Positions 7,549 to 15,886 of a stretch of 56,938 nt of DNA are shown one piece after another. The notes beneath the pieces were generated by a model, which was not told the origin of the DNA, searched no databases, and saw nothing but the letters and a program-made list of their open reading frames with translations. This DNA is from a virus. Its lineage: Duplodnaviria; Caudoviricetes. The position numbers and the translations under genes were made by a program. The DNA lies in the IMG/VR virus record IMGVR_UViG_3300027744_000022, positions 1 to 56,938 of that record; one strand, written 5' to 3'. Position 1 is the stretch's first letter; every line of letters starts with the position of its first letter.

Positions 7549-9148
7549 AGGTACGAGCCATTGTGATAATTGCGTTAGTTGAAAGTATGGTTACTGCCAC
7601 ACTCACTGCGTTCTGCAGTGCACATCGTGTAACCTTTAGCGGGTCAATGACCCCCATCTCAATCAGGTCACCCATCTCACCTGTCTTTAAGTTGTATCCA
7701 TGACCAATAGGAGTTTTGTCCTTGTACACGTCACTCGGCTTTAGACCTGCATTAGCCAATATCTGTTGAAAGGGAGCCATCAGTGCATTGCGAACAATAA
7801 CAAGTGCGGCATTATACTCAACACTATTAGTCTCCTGCCCCAAGTCAGCACTCTCATCAAGCAATGCCTTGCCTGCTCCGGGCAATATACCCTCCTCTAA
7901 TGCTGAACGTACAGCACAGACAGCGTCATCAACCCTGTCGTACAGCTCCTTCTGCTCTAGGTCAGTCTGACCACCCACAAAGATGACACCTATGCCACCC
8001 GTAAGTGATGCTATACGCTCCAAGATAAAGTCTTTGTCACCCTTCTTAGTCGCCTCCTTGTGTGCGTTCCACAACTGTTTAACACGCTCCTCAATAATAC
8101 TTTCGTCAGACTTTGCTGCACTGCGAATGATGACCGTCTTGTCCTTGCTCACAATGACTTTACTTGCGTGACCCAAGTCACCGTAGTTGATGATGCTCAA
8201 GTCGTCACCCGTCTTCTCGCTGAAGTAGGTAGCACCCACACTTATCGCTATGTCATGCATCAGCTCGTGCTGCTTATAGCCAAAGTTGGGTGGCGGAACA
8301 GCCACAACCTTCAGGTTTCCCTTCATGCTGTTCGCTGCAAGCGTGTTTACCACGTTCGGATTGCACGGAGAGATAATGAGTAGCTTCTTGCCCTCACTAA
8401 TAATTGGCTTCAACACGTTCTCAATCTGAAGTATGTTTGCTATCTCTATGTCAGCCACCAATATCATCACGTCCTCAAACACACACTCATCCTTCTTGGT
8501 GTCATTGATGAACAGCGGACTTAAATACCCCCTGTCAATCTTTAACCCCTTGGTCGTCTCGGCATACGTCTCAGCCGTTTGGCTTCGCTCAACCGTAACA
8601 ATACCGGTCTTACCCACATCCTTGTACACCTCAGAGATAATACGACCTATCTCACGGTCATTATTTGCTGAGATAGATGCCACGTCTAATAGCATCGTAC
8701 TGCTGACCTTCTTTGCCTTACGCTTTAGCTTGTCCACCACCTTAGCAGTTATGTCCACCATATGTCTTAGCACCTCAGTCCTGTTCATCTCGTCCTTGAT
8801 ATGCTCAAGACCCCCCAACACTAACCCCTCAGTCAGCACAATAGCAGTAGTCGTTCCATCACCCGCAGCAGTAGCGGTCTTATCTGCCGCCTCCTTCATC
8901 ATCTTAACCGCAAGGTTCTCACTTGGGTCAATCAGGTCAATAGCTTTTGCCACAGTAACACCATCCTTAGTCACCGTAATACCGTGAGTATGATGCGGAC
9001 TCTCAATCAAGACCGTGTTCCCACTTGGACCCAAAGTTGACTTGACAGCCTTTGACATTTTAATAACTCCACTGATTAATTTCTTGCGTCCCTCGTTTCC
9101 GAACTGCAAGTCCTTGGGTGAATACCCAATACCCGATGTCTCTACCAT
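7532..9148 (-). CDS. groEL: Chaperonin GroEL
   Basis: STLGPSG, TKDGVTVAK, GDGTTT, DRVDDA, GVIDPLKV; 538 aa. Confidence 0.97.
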   Translation of the reverse strand: MVETSGIGYSPKDLQFGNEGRKKLISGVIKMSKAVKSTLGPSGNTVLIESPHHTHGITVTKDGVTVAKAIDLIDPSENLAVKMMKEAADKTATAAGDGTTTAIVLTEGLVLGGLEHIKDEMNRTEVLRHMVDITAKVVDKLKRKAKKVSSTMLLDVASISANNDREIGRIISEVYKDVGKTGIVTVERSQTAETYAETTKGLKIDRGYLSPLFINDTKKDECVFEDVMILVADIEIANILQIENVLKPIISEGKKLLIISPCNPNVVNTLAANSMKGNLKVVAVPPPNFGYKQHELMHDIAISVGATYFSEKTGDDLSIINYGDLGHASKVIVSKDKTVIIRSAAKSDESIIEERVKQLWNAHKEATKKGDKDFILERIASLTGGIGVIFVGGQTDLEQKELYDRVDDAVCAVRSALEEGILPGAGKALLDESADLGQETNSVEYNAALVIVRNALMAPFQQILANAGLKPSDVYKDKTPIGHGYNLKTGEMGDLIEMGVIDPLKVTRCALQNAVSVAVTILSTNAIITMARTYEQQQ

Positions 9149-9173
9149 TTAATTTGATTTAATTTTTATACCA

Positions 9174-9181
9174 CAAATATA
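9174..9181 (-). promoter_or_regulatory. TAnnTTTG promoter of groEL
   Basis: TATATTTG on the - strand about 25 nt upstream of the ATG. Confidence 0.5.
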
Positions 9182-9186
9182 ATCAA

Positions 9187-9500
9187 ATGTCAACAATTTT
9201 TATGCCATGTCGATTTTTTCTTAAATAATGTCGATTTTATTTTAAACAAAAGTGCCTTAACAATACCAACAACATAGATTATACTATGGTTTACCATAGA
9301 AATGACAGAATGTCGAAAATTTTTCCCCTACTACTACTATATATATTCCCCTCCTTTCTATTTTTTTTACACTACATTTCTTCTTTTTTTTCGACATTTT
9401 CGACATTAAAGAGATAAAGTATTAATAATAAGGAAGTTACAAAAATAAAATCGACATAAAATCGACATAAAAACAGGTATAAAATGTCAATCCTGACATT
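9187..9500. repeat. TCGACAT iteron array, copy 1 (origin-like)
   Basis: ATGTCGA at 9207, 9228, 9310; TCGACAT at 9391, 9400, 9451, 9462; AT-rich spacer. Confidence 0.75.
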
Positions 9501-9549
9501 TATACATCAGAATCCTACAAAGGTATTATCTGATGTATGCATTAAATAT

Positions 9550-9585
9550 AAACAAAGAAGGGGAGCCTAACTAAAGACACCCCTC
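9550..9585 (-). terminator. Intrinsic terminator
   Basis: GGGGTGTC...GGCTCCCC stem followed by TTCTTTGTTT on the - strand, after the ORF ending at 9607. Confidence 0.55.
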
Positions 9586-9606
9586 ATAAATTGGATGATA
9601 ACCAAA

Positions 9607-9861
9607 TCACATCTCAGAACCCTCAGACATTTCTGACCTCATGTTACCCAACATCACAGCCTCAGCATACATATTAATCTTTGTAGCACGCTTAACCTCA
9701 CTCTTCAATTGGCACGCCTGATGAATGCCGGTCTGTCCGTCAGGGCGGTTGTTAATTAACATACCATCTTTCACAGTCAAACCGAAGTCCGACCCGTTCT
9801 GCTGATAAATACTGTTTGACAAGTCTGCCTTGTAAACAGAGTTTCCAAATTTTAACTTCAT
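9607..9861 (-). CDS. Hypothetical protein
   Basis: ORF track 9607..9900; likely ATG at 9861; TATATTTG at 9898-9905. Confidence 0.6.
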   Translation of the reverse strand: MKLKFGNSVYKADLSNSIYQQNGSDFGLTVKDGMLINNRPDGQTGIHQACQLKSEVKRATKINMYAEAVMLGNMRSEMSEGSEM

Positions 9862-9984
9862 AATAATTGTTTTAAAACGTACACGAAATATTTCAGTCAA
9901 ATATAAGAATTAATTACAAGTAGTGTTTGGGCTATATAGCGGTTTGGCGAGGCGAGCCCCGCAACGAAAACGCTTTTTTTTTGA

Positions 9985-10150
9985 TGGGGTGGGGGGTCGG
10001 TTTCCTTTGCCCTTTGCTGATTTTTTGGCGTTTTCGCGTGTGTGTACCGTGCCCTGTGCCCTACATTGCGTGCCCCGTGCCCCCGTGCGTGCCCTGTTTG
10101 CCGTGCCCGTGCCCTGTGCGTGCGTCCTGTGTACGTCCCGCGTCCCTGTT
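9985..10150. repeat. GC-rich, A-poor GTGCCC repeat patch at the strand switch
   Basis: GTGCCC at 10049, 10056, 10070, 10077, 10089, 10103, 10109; G-run near 9986-9996. Confidence 0.75.
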
Positions 10151-10163
10151 TACCTGTTAAAAC

Positions 10164-10179
10164 GTGTCTTTATAGACAC
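10164..10179. repeat. Palindrome GTGTCT-TTAT-AGACAC
   Basis: Exact match; same CGTGTCTTTATAGACACTAAA context as the 10978 copy. Confidence 0.9.
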
Positions 10180-10312
10180 TAAAGGGACTAAAAGAGAGGG
10201 CTTAATACCTTGCTCGTTCATTCTTCGTTCAAATTTTGTTCAATAAAAAATCCCGCTTAACTCATTCAGAACCAAACAAATTGAAAATAATTGAAAAAAA
10301 GTGAAAATAAAA

Positions 10313-10343
10313 TTTGCATATATAAAGAATTAAACTAGATTTG
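10313..10343 (+). promoter_or_regulatory. Bacteroidetes sigma-70-type early promoter
   Basis: TTTG (10313-16), 19-nt spacer, TAGATTTG (10336-43); A-rich upstream. Confidence 0.75.
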
Positions 10344-10393
10344 AACATCGAATCAGCATGGAGCTGACTAGAATTAAACAAATAATCAAAAAT

Positions 10394-10975
10394 ATGAGCA
10401 CATTACTAGCAATTGAGAGCCACTTCCTAACCACTGCAAACGCAATCGAGGGGCTTAAACTACGTGAATTGAGACGGTTAACCACTGCCGATTTGAACGC
10501 CACTAAGAAGAGATTTGAAACTAGCTTGCAATTATCGCAAATTGTGGCAGAGGGGTTTGAATGGTATAAATCTACAGCGGGCAAAGCGACCATGGCAAAT
10601 GAGGGCATTACATGGAATGCTGAAGAATTTGCATTAAAAGTTTACGGATACCAAAAATCGTTTTTCTACAAATTGGTTAAGGCGGGAACGGTTGAAACGG
10701 TAAAGGTTGAAGAGTACAAAGAGTTTGAGCCTAACAATAGAACAATTGAGGGGTTATTAAAGTTTATCAAATCAGGTGGAGTAGACGCTGACAGTGAGGG
10801 TGGAAAAGATGGCGAAGAGTCTACAGAGAGACCGACCACGGTGTTGACATTCACGTACAAAACAGATGCGGGTAACGTGTCCGTACGGGTAGACTCAAAC
10901 GGCGTGGTAAAGACCACCAATACAATCGAGCAAATCAATCAGGCAATTGCATTTTTAATATCATCTATCAACTAA
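10394..10975 (+). CDS. Hypothetical early protein (possible HTH)
   Basis: ORF track 10358..10975; ATG 10394 has an A-rich leader. Confidence 0.65.
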   Translation: MSTLLAIESHFLTTANAIEGLKLRELRRLTTADLNATKKRFETSLQLSQIVAEGFEWYKSTAGKATMANEGITWNAEEFALKVYGYQKSFFYKLVKAGTVETVKVEEYKEFEPNNRTIEGLLKFIKSGGVDADSEGGKDGEESTERPTTVLTFTYKTDAGNVSVRVDSNGVVKTTNTIEQINQAIAFLISSIN

Positions 10976-10977
10976 CC

Positions 10978-10993
10978 GTGTCTTTATAGACAC
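10978..10993. repeat. Palindrome GTGTCT-TTAT-AGACAC
   Basis: Exact match, intergenic. Confidence 0.9.
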
Positions 10994-11008
10994 TAAAAAC
11001 CTAAAATT

Positions 11009-11878
11009 ATGAGCAATCAAGGTATTGTTTACACGACTACAGGTGAACACCAAAGAGGCGTAGTGACTAACTATCATTCTAAGCCCGCCCCTTTATTCCT
11101 TAACAAGACTAAGCACGCAATTGACGTGTCGGGGCTTAAAAAATCAGAGCAAAGTAAAGCCATCAAATTTGATGGAATGGATTTTGAGTCAAAATTCACA
11201 ATCGGTTTTGAAATTGAGAAGAATGAATTGAGCCGAAACGCTGTAAAGGAATATGAATTGTTTTGCGGTTTTGAGCGGGACGGGTCATGCGGTTATGAGG
11301 CGGTCACGCACGTGCTACCACTTTTGCCTGCGGGCAAATGGCGTACAAAGGTTTTTGATATGATACACAAAGCTGAAAAGATAATAGATGACCGTTTCAG
11401 CCCATCTGATAATCGTTGTGGCGGTCATATTACGGTCGCTGTAGATGGAATGACAGGTAGAGAGTTAAGACAGGCAGTCCGTAAAAATTCAGGCATAGTG
11501 CTTGCATTGTTTCGCAACAGGTTAAGGAATAGCTATTGCGGGCAAAACAACCGATTAGAAGACATTAGCACGGGCACACGTTATGAGGTGGCATTACCTA
11601 AGCATAATTGCTTAGAGTTTAGGTTACCGTCACGGTTTGAGAGTGTCAAGCAAGTAATGAGGCGATATGAGCTGTTTTATGAATTGGTTGATTTTAGTGT
11701 AAACAATCCAAACGGGTCGCACGAAGCGTTTCTGAAACGGATTAAGCCTATCATCCTATCCATGTACAATGGTGAAGAGAACAGAATTGATTTTATATTT
11801 AACGTAGCAAAGCGTTTCAGGAAATATATCTTAACAGGCATTATTGATGCTGAAATCAATTCATATATCTCAAGATAG
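11009..11878 (+). CDS. Putative amidoligase (COOH-NH2 ligase fold)
   Basis: GFEIE, DGS, YEAVT, CGGHITV and LEFR motifs. Confidence 0.7.
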   Translation: MSNQGIVYTTTGEHQRGVVTNYHSKPAPLFLNKTKHAIDVSGLKKSEQSKAIKFDGMDFESKFTIGFEIEKNELSRNAVKEYELFCGFERDGSCGYEAVTHVLPLLPAGKWRTKVFDMIHKAEKIIDDRFSPSDNRCGGHITVAVDGMTGRELRQAVRKNSGIVLALFRNRLRNSYCGQNNRLEDISTGTRYEVALPKHNCLEFRLPSRFESVKQVMRRYELFYELVDFSVNNPNGSHEAFLKRIKPIILSMYNGEENRIDFIFNVAKRFRKYILTGIIDAEINSYISR

Positions 11879-11884
11879 TACAAC

Positions 11885-11916
11885 ATGGGCTAGTGTCCGT
11901 AAAGACACTAGTCCAT
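11885..11916. repeat. Palindrome variant GTGTCC-GTAA-AGACAC (11893-11908) in an extended hairpin
   Basis: ATGGGCTAGTGTC...GACACTAGTCCAT. Confidence 0.85.
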
Positions 11917-11927
11917 TTACAATATTA

Positions 11928-11976
11928 CCGTACATAGGTAGTTGCCTATGCTGATGATTGCAAGAGCATGAAACGG
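11928..11976 (+). ncRNA. Type III hammerhead ribozyme HH1
   Basis: CCGUA^, stem I CAUAGG/CCUAUG, core CUGAUGA, stem II UGC/GCA with U.U at 10.1/11.1, GAAA, CGG. Confidence 0.75.
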
Positions 11977-12023
11977 AATTATAAACGCGTAGCGGTTAAA
12001 ACCCCTACACAAATTTAAAAATT

Positions 12024-12224
12024 ATGAGAACAGAGATTTTATTCAAATTAAAAATCAGAGGTACGTTTCACCGTGCGGGGTTTATTGCTGATAGTTCAGC
12101 AGATGAGTTGACACTAACCAAATTTGCTGATGGTACGATGATGCTAAAGCATGGACGTATTACCTTAAAGGATAGGTTTAGCGGTTGCAAATTATCAACT
12201 GATATGATTTTAAATTCAATTTAA
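12024..12224 (+). CDS. Hypothetical protein
   Basis: ORF track; first gene after HH1. Confidence 0.6.
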   Translation: MRTEILFKLKIRGTFHRAGFIADSSADELTLTKFADGTMMLKHGRITLKDRFSGCKLSTDMILNSI

Positions 12225-12226
12225 CT

Positions 12227-12337
12227 ATGGGCACGCAAATCACAATTTTCGAGGCTGTTATTATTGGCGGTCTGAGTTTATTCGTATGGCTTACTATTAA
12301 TGTATTAATTGAGGACTTTAAATCAAGAAAGAAATGA
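12227..12337 (+). CDS. Small membrane peptide
   Basis: Hand-translated MGTQITIFEAVIIGGLSLFVWLTINVLIEDFKSRKK; stop overlaps the next ATG. Confidence 0.5.
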   Translation: MGTQITIFEAVIIGGLSLFVWLTINVLIEDFKSRKK

Positions 12338-12906
12338 GACAGATTACAGAAAGGATTGTTCGAGCATTCGAGGGGCGTTACGAGTTCAGGATTGATAACA
12401 GTTACACTGATGGGCAAGGCTTATGGCTACATGGCAATAAGATAGCTATGTGGGACGGTAACTTATGGATTACAAATGCAGGATGGGAAAGCAGGGTCAC
12501 AAAGGAACGGTTAAACGGGCTGAGTGGAGTCAGGATTAGTGTAAGGCGTGGCGTATGGTTTCTGAATGGCAGGGAGTGGAACGGGGCATGGACTAACGTA
12601 TGGAATTGGGACGTGTACGGTGGTCGCCAATATGAGCCTGAGTGTCAAGCGGTGGCTAATGAGCCTGAGTTTGACACGACAAGCGAATGGATGCCTGAGG
12701 GCTACAGCAAGCCCGTGTACAGCGTCTTTCATTCGTTGGTGGAGTCAGAGCTTGAGGCGGTGGAGGCGTTGCTTACAGAGGCGGGCATACCAACAAAAAG
12801 AATGGAGTCAGATACTCAAGGCGTGTACAGACCAAACTACTTTATAGTGGTTCGTCCTGATGACGTAGTAAAAGCAATAAATATTTTAACAAACAATTTA
12901 AATTAA
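12334..12906 (+). CDS. Hypothetical Trp-rich early protein
   Basis: ORF track. Confidence 0.65.
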   Translation: MRQITERIVRAFEGRYEFRIDNSYTDGQGLWLHGNKIAMWDGNLWITNAGWESRVTKERLNGLSGVRISVRRGVWFLNGREWNGAWTNVWNWDVYGGRQYEPECQAVANEPEFDTTSEWMPEGYSKPVYSVFHSLVESELEAVEALLTEAGIPTKRMESDTQGVYRPNYFIVVRPDDVVKAINILTNNLN

Positions 12907-12912
12907 ATAGAA

Positions 12913-13263
12913 ATGGAAAGATATGAAATAATGAATACCAATGATGGGTATATGATTTGGGACAAAAATGAAGAAGATAATGTACATGACAATTTAGGCA
13001 ATAATCTTTGGGACACAATGGAAGAAGTAAACAATGTATTAAATAAATCAAAAATGAAAAATCAAATGAAAATTAGAGATGCGTTTGTGTGGTTATTTGT
13101 AACCGACAAAGCAAAAGAGGTGTTCAGTTCAGGACTATTCGAGGTGTACAAGTTCCACGATGACGGGAGCGAGAGCCTGTGTGAGTCACTTGATGACATT
13201 AACGATGCGTTGGAGTCGGGTATTGACTTAGCGATTGAGGTTGGGCATTTATATAATGCTTAG
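12913..13263 (+). CDS. Hypothetical acidic protein
   Basis: ORF track. Confidence 0.6.
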   Translation: MERYEIMNTNDGYMIWDKNEEDNVHDNLGNNLWDTMEEVNNVLNKSKMKNQMKIRDAFVWLFVTDKAKEVFSSGLFEVYKFHDDGSESLCESLDDINDALESGIDLAIEVGHLYNA

Positions 13264-13272
13264 CAAGTGGGT

Positions 13273-13288
13273 GTGTCTGTGAAGACAC
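13273..13288. repeat. Palindrome GTGTCT-GTGA-AGACAC
   Basis: Exact match; abuts HH2. Confidence 0.9.
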
Positions 13289-13339
13289 TCCGTCCCTGAG
13301 TGAGTGCTCGGGCTGATGAGTTCAAAAGAACGAAACGGA
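13289..13339 (+). ncRNA. Type III hammerhead ribozyme HH2
   Basis: UCCGUC^, stem I CCUGAG/CUCGGG (loop UGAGUG), CUGAUGA, stem II GUUC/GAAC (loop AAAA), GAAA, CGGA; fully canonical. Confidence 0.92.
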
Positions 13340-13386
13340 ATTTCAAACCCGTAGGGTTTAAACACCCTACACAAACAAAAAAAATT

Positions 13387-13569
13387 ATGACAAATTATTT
13401 AGCGTGTGCTATTGCAGAAGGTTTTTGCGAGGGCGAAGGAGCAACAAGAGAGCAACAAATCGAGGCGTGGCAGTACTTGCACGATACGGGGTTGGCTTAT
13501 TCTTTACAAGGTTGGTACGGACGTACAGCAACACAATTAATTGAGGAAGGTATTATTAAATCAAATTAA
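13387..13569 (+). CDS. Hypothetical protein
   Basis: ORF track 13300..13569; true ATG probably 13387, downstream of the ribozyme cassette. Confidence 0.65.
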   Translation: MTNYLACAIAEGFCEGEGATREQQIEAWQYLHDTGLAYSLQGWYGRTATQLIEEGIIKSN

Positions 13570-13570
13570 A

Positions 13571-13756
13571 ATGAGAACAGAAACAATTGAAGAGCGGAAT
13601 GAATTAATTCAGAACGTAATTGACAGGCTATTGTATTTGCCTGAGAAGGAGTTAGTTGAGTACGAGATGTACTTGAATAGGCTTACAGCAGTTTATCAAA
13701 TACCTATGGAGGTAAAAAATGGAGTTAGAATTTATGAAACAATTAAAAATCTATAA
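13571..13756 (+). CDS. Hypothetical protein
   Basis: ORF track, trimmed to ATG 13571. Confidence 0.55.
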   Translation: MRTETIEERNELIQNVIDRLLYLPEKELVEYEMYLNRLTAVYQIPMEVKNGVRIYETIKNL

Positions 13757-13757
13757 G

Positions 13758-13943
13758 ATGCAAGAGAATCAAACAGATTTATTCGAGCAGTACGAGACAC
13801 TGCCTGAATCAGTACGTGCAATCATTGACGCAATAAATGAATACTATTATTCCATAATGGAAGCCAAAAGAAGGATGAATGATATTGGATACACCTTTGA
13901 TTATGGTATTGACTTTCAACCCTATAATCTAAAGAAAATATGA
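13758..13943 (+). CDS. Hypothetical protein
   Basis: ORF track, trimmed to ATG 13758. Confidence 0.55.
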   Translation: MQENQTDLFEQYETLPESVRAIIDAINEYYYSIMEAKRRMNDIGYTFDYGIDFQPYNLKKI

Positions 13944-14221
13944 CAAGACCAAATGATGTGTGGGAGTGTTCAGAGTGTTCACGCCAACAAGGTCGCCACG
14001 ATATGTGGTTTGATAGTAACTTATGTGAAAGTTGCAATGAGAGACTAGTCCCGTGCAGGGGGTGCGGTACTAAAGCAGGTGTCATTGAAGAGAGTGACGC
14101 TTATGGATATAGTACGGGGCATTGGTGCGGAGATTGTTACTACAGCGACAAGTATCCGTATCGTAAAGATAGGTACTTCGATGAGTCGTATGCAGGTGAA
14201 CGGTTAGAGGACGATTATTAA
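13940..14221 (+). CDS. Zinc-finger protein
   Basis: Four CxxC pairs. Confidence 0.65.
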   Translation: MTRPNDVWECSECSRQQGRHDMWFDSNLCESCNERLVPCRGCGTKAGVIEESDAYGYSTGHWCGDCYYSDKYPYRKDRYFDESYAGERLEDDY

Positions 14222-14231
14222 ATTAAACAAG

Positions 14232-14381
14232 ATGAGAGATTATATTTTTTCAGCGTATTATTACCACGACCCGATGAGGTTTGTAAAAGTAAAGGCACGC
14301 ACAAGGGCAAGAGCCTATGAGTTGGCAAGAGTCAAAGCAATCAGAATAAAAAACGATTTAGATTTAATAGAATTAATATGA
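14232..14381 (+). CDS. Small hypothetical protein
   Basis: Hand-translated 49 aa MRDYIFSAYYYHDP... Confidence 0.45.
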   Translation: MRDYIFSAYYYHDPMRFVKVKARTRARAYELARVKAIRIKNDLDLIELI

Positions 14382-14479
14382 AAAACTTAAGAAACATTGA
14401 TTGGTTAAAATGGATTTTAGCCACAACAACAGGATTGTATTTAATATTCGGAATAGTATCAGCAGTTAAAAACCTATAA
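14378..14479 (+). CDS. Small membrane peptide
   Basis: Hand-translated MKNLRNIDWLKWILATTTGLYLIFGIVSAVKNL. Confidence 0.45.
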   Translation: MKNLRNIDWLKWILATTTGLYLIFGIVSAVKNL

Positions 14480-14480
14480 G

Positions 14481-14642
14481 ATGGAAAATAGTCACTATTT
14501 CAATGTCTATTATGGTGAGGTATGCGTATGGTCAATAGTCGCCCACACAAAGTGGGAGGCTATTGACAAAGCATACTATAAATTCATTGAACAGCATCCA
14601 AAATTGGAACGTAAAAAATTTGACGCAAGAATAGTTTATTAA
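14481..14642 (+). CDS. Small hypothetical protein
   Basis: Hand-translated 53 aa MENSHYFNVYY... Confidence 0.5.
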   Translation: MENSHYFNVYYGEVCVWSIVAHTKWEAIDKAYYKFIEQHPKLERKKFDARIVY

Positions 14643-14648
14643 AATAAA

Positions 14649-14680
14649 TTTGCTTATGTCAGATAAATGTCGTATCTTAG
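14649..14680 (+). promoter_or_regulatory. Probable promoter
   Basis: TTTG-N20-TATCTTAG (one mismatch to TAnnTTTG). Confidence 0.45.
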
Positions 14681-14708
14681 TTCATTATTCGTTCATTACT
14701 TAGGTTCT

Positions 14709-14724
14709 GTGTCTTCATAGACAC
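14709..14724. repeat. Palindrome GTGTCT-TCAT-AGACAC
   Basis: Exact match, between the promoter and ATG 14745. Confidence 0.9.
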
Positions 14725-14744
14725 TGCCTATTAAACAAAAAACT

Positions 14745-15854
14745 ATGTGTATAATTATTATCAAGCAAGCAGGGAAGACAGTTCCTCAGGAGGTTGCAAA
14801 GACTTCGGCACGCATCAACCCTCACGGGTTGGGCGTTATTTGGTTGGACACGTTTCACGTGACGTACCACAAGTCAGCAGAGTACAAGGTGTTGGATACA
14901 GAGCGTCCGTTCATTGCTCACTTCAGATACGCTACAGTCGGTGCTATCAACAGAGATAACACACACCCGTTCAGGTGTGGTAACAACAAGCAGGAGTGGC
15001 TTATGATGAACGGTACTATCAGGGCATTGGGTAACCACAACCAAAGTGACTCAAGAGTGTTGGCTGAGAATCTTGGGCGTATACCACGCCACAAGTGGAA
15101 GCAAGAGTTGGAGCGGTATGAGTGCAGGTTCGTGACAATCAACACGTACAGCAGGACGTTTCAGATTTACAACAAAGAATTGTGGGTTCAGAAGGATGGC
15201 GTATGGTACAGCAAAGACAATGTGTTAGAAGACAATTTAGTTGCCGTGTATGGCACGCTCAAGAAGGACTACAGCAATTACTACAGCTACCTTACTAGTT
15301 CAAAGTACATCGGCAAGGGGCAGACCAAAGACAGGTATCCGTTGGTCATCAAGGGGCTACCTTATTTGATTGAGGACAAGGGCAGAGGTCACAATGTGGA
15401 GGTGGACATATTCAAAGTCAGTGGAACAGTGTTGGCTGAGTTGGATAGGTTGGAAGGTCATCCTAATTGGTACAGGAGGAAGCAGGTTGACATCAAAGCC
15501 ACAGATGGCAGGGTGTTTTACTGTTGGATATACTTCAATATCAGGGAGCGTTCAGCAGGCGAGGTTCACCACAAGACGTACACACAGAAGCCATATCAAT
15601 ACAGTTGGTATAAGGAGCAGGACGAGGTGGAGACGGTCAGGTCACTCAGTAGGTTCACTGAGCGAGACTTAGACCTACTTGAGATATACAAAGATGACTG
15701 CGAGGAATGTGAGTTTGACATTCAGAATGAGAAGCCAATTTGTGTAAATTGCTTTCACGATTTGGAGCATGATGAGTTCGCAAACTATCATTGCAGTGGG
15801 TGCGATGAGTGGTTCACTGAGTCTGATGTGCTACGATTTCAGCATTGGGACTAA
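14745..15854 (+). CDS. Class II glutamine amidotransferase / gamma-glutamylcyclotransferase (AIG2-like) / Zn-ribbon fusion
   Basis: Cys2, HFRYAT, NTHPF, MNG (Ntn GATase); VAVYGTLK, LDRLEG..WYRR (GGCT); C-terminal CxxC pairs. Confidence 0.85.
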   Translation: MCIIIIKQAGKTVPQEVAKTSARINPHGLGVIWLDTFHVTYHKSAEYKVLDTERPFIAHFRYATVGAINRDNTHPFRCGNNKQEWLMMNGTIRALGNHNQSDSRVLAENLGRIPRHKWKQELERYECRFVTINTYSRTFQIYNKELWVQKDGVWYSKDNVLEDNLVAVYGTLKKDYSNYYSYLTSSKYIGKGQTKDRYPLVIKGLPYLIEDKGRGHNVEVDIFKVSGTVLAELDRLEGHPNWYRRKQVDIKATDGRVFYCWIYFNIRERSAGEVHHKTYTQKPYQYSWYKEQDEVETVRSLSRFTERDLDLLEIYKDDCEECEFDIQNEKPICVNCFHDLEHDEFANYHCSGCDEWFTESDVLRFQHWD

Positions 15855-15860
15855 GGCTAT

Positions 15861-15886
15861 GGGTGGTGTCTGTGAAGACACTACCC
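15861..15886. repeat. Palindrome GTGTCT-GTGA-AGACAC (15866-15881) in an extended hairpin
   Basis: GGGTGGTGTC...GACACTACCC. Confidence 0.9.

Noticed and set aside
7788-8987. + strand ORFs opposite groEL, and similar antisense ORFs elsewhere
   Set aside because: They are shadows of strongly supported genes on the other strand.
9923-10246. ORFs 9923..10246 and 9927..10160
   Set aside because: These are artefacts of the A-poor repeat patch, which lacks stop codons; the translation is C/P/V low-complexity.
12857-12863. CTGATGA as a fourth hammerhead
   Set aside because: No stem II/GAAA or stem III follows, and it lies inside a CDS.
13300-13386. N-terminal extension of ORF 13300..13569, and ORF 15769..15951
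   Set aside because: They run through the ribozyme cassettes; better ATG starts lie downstream.
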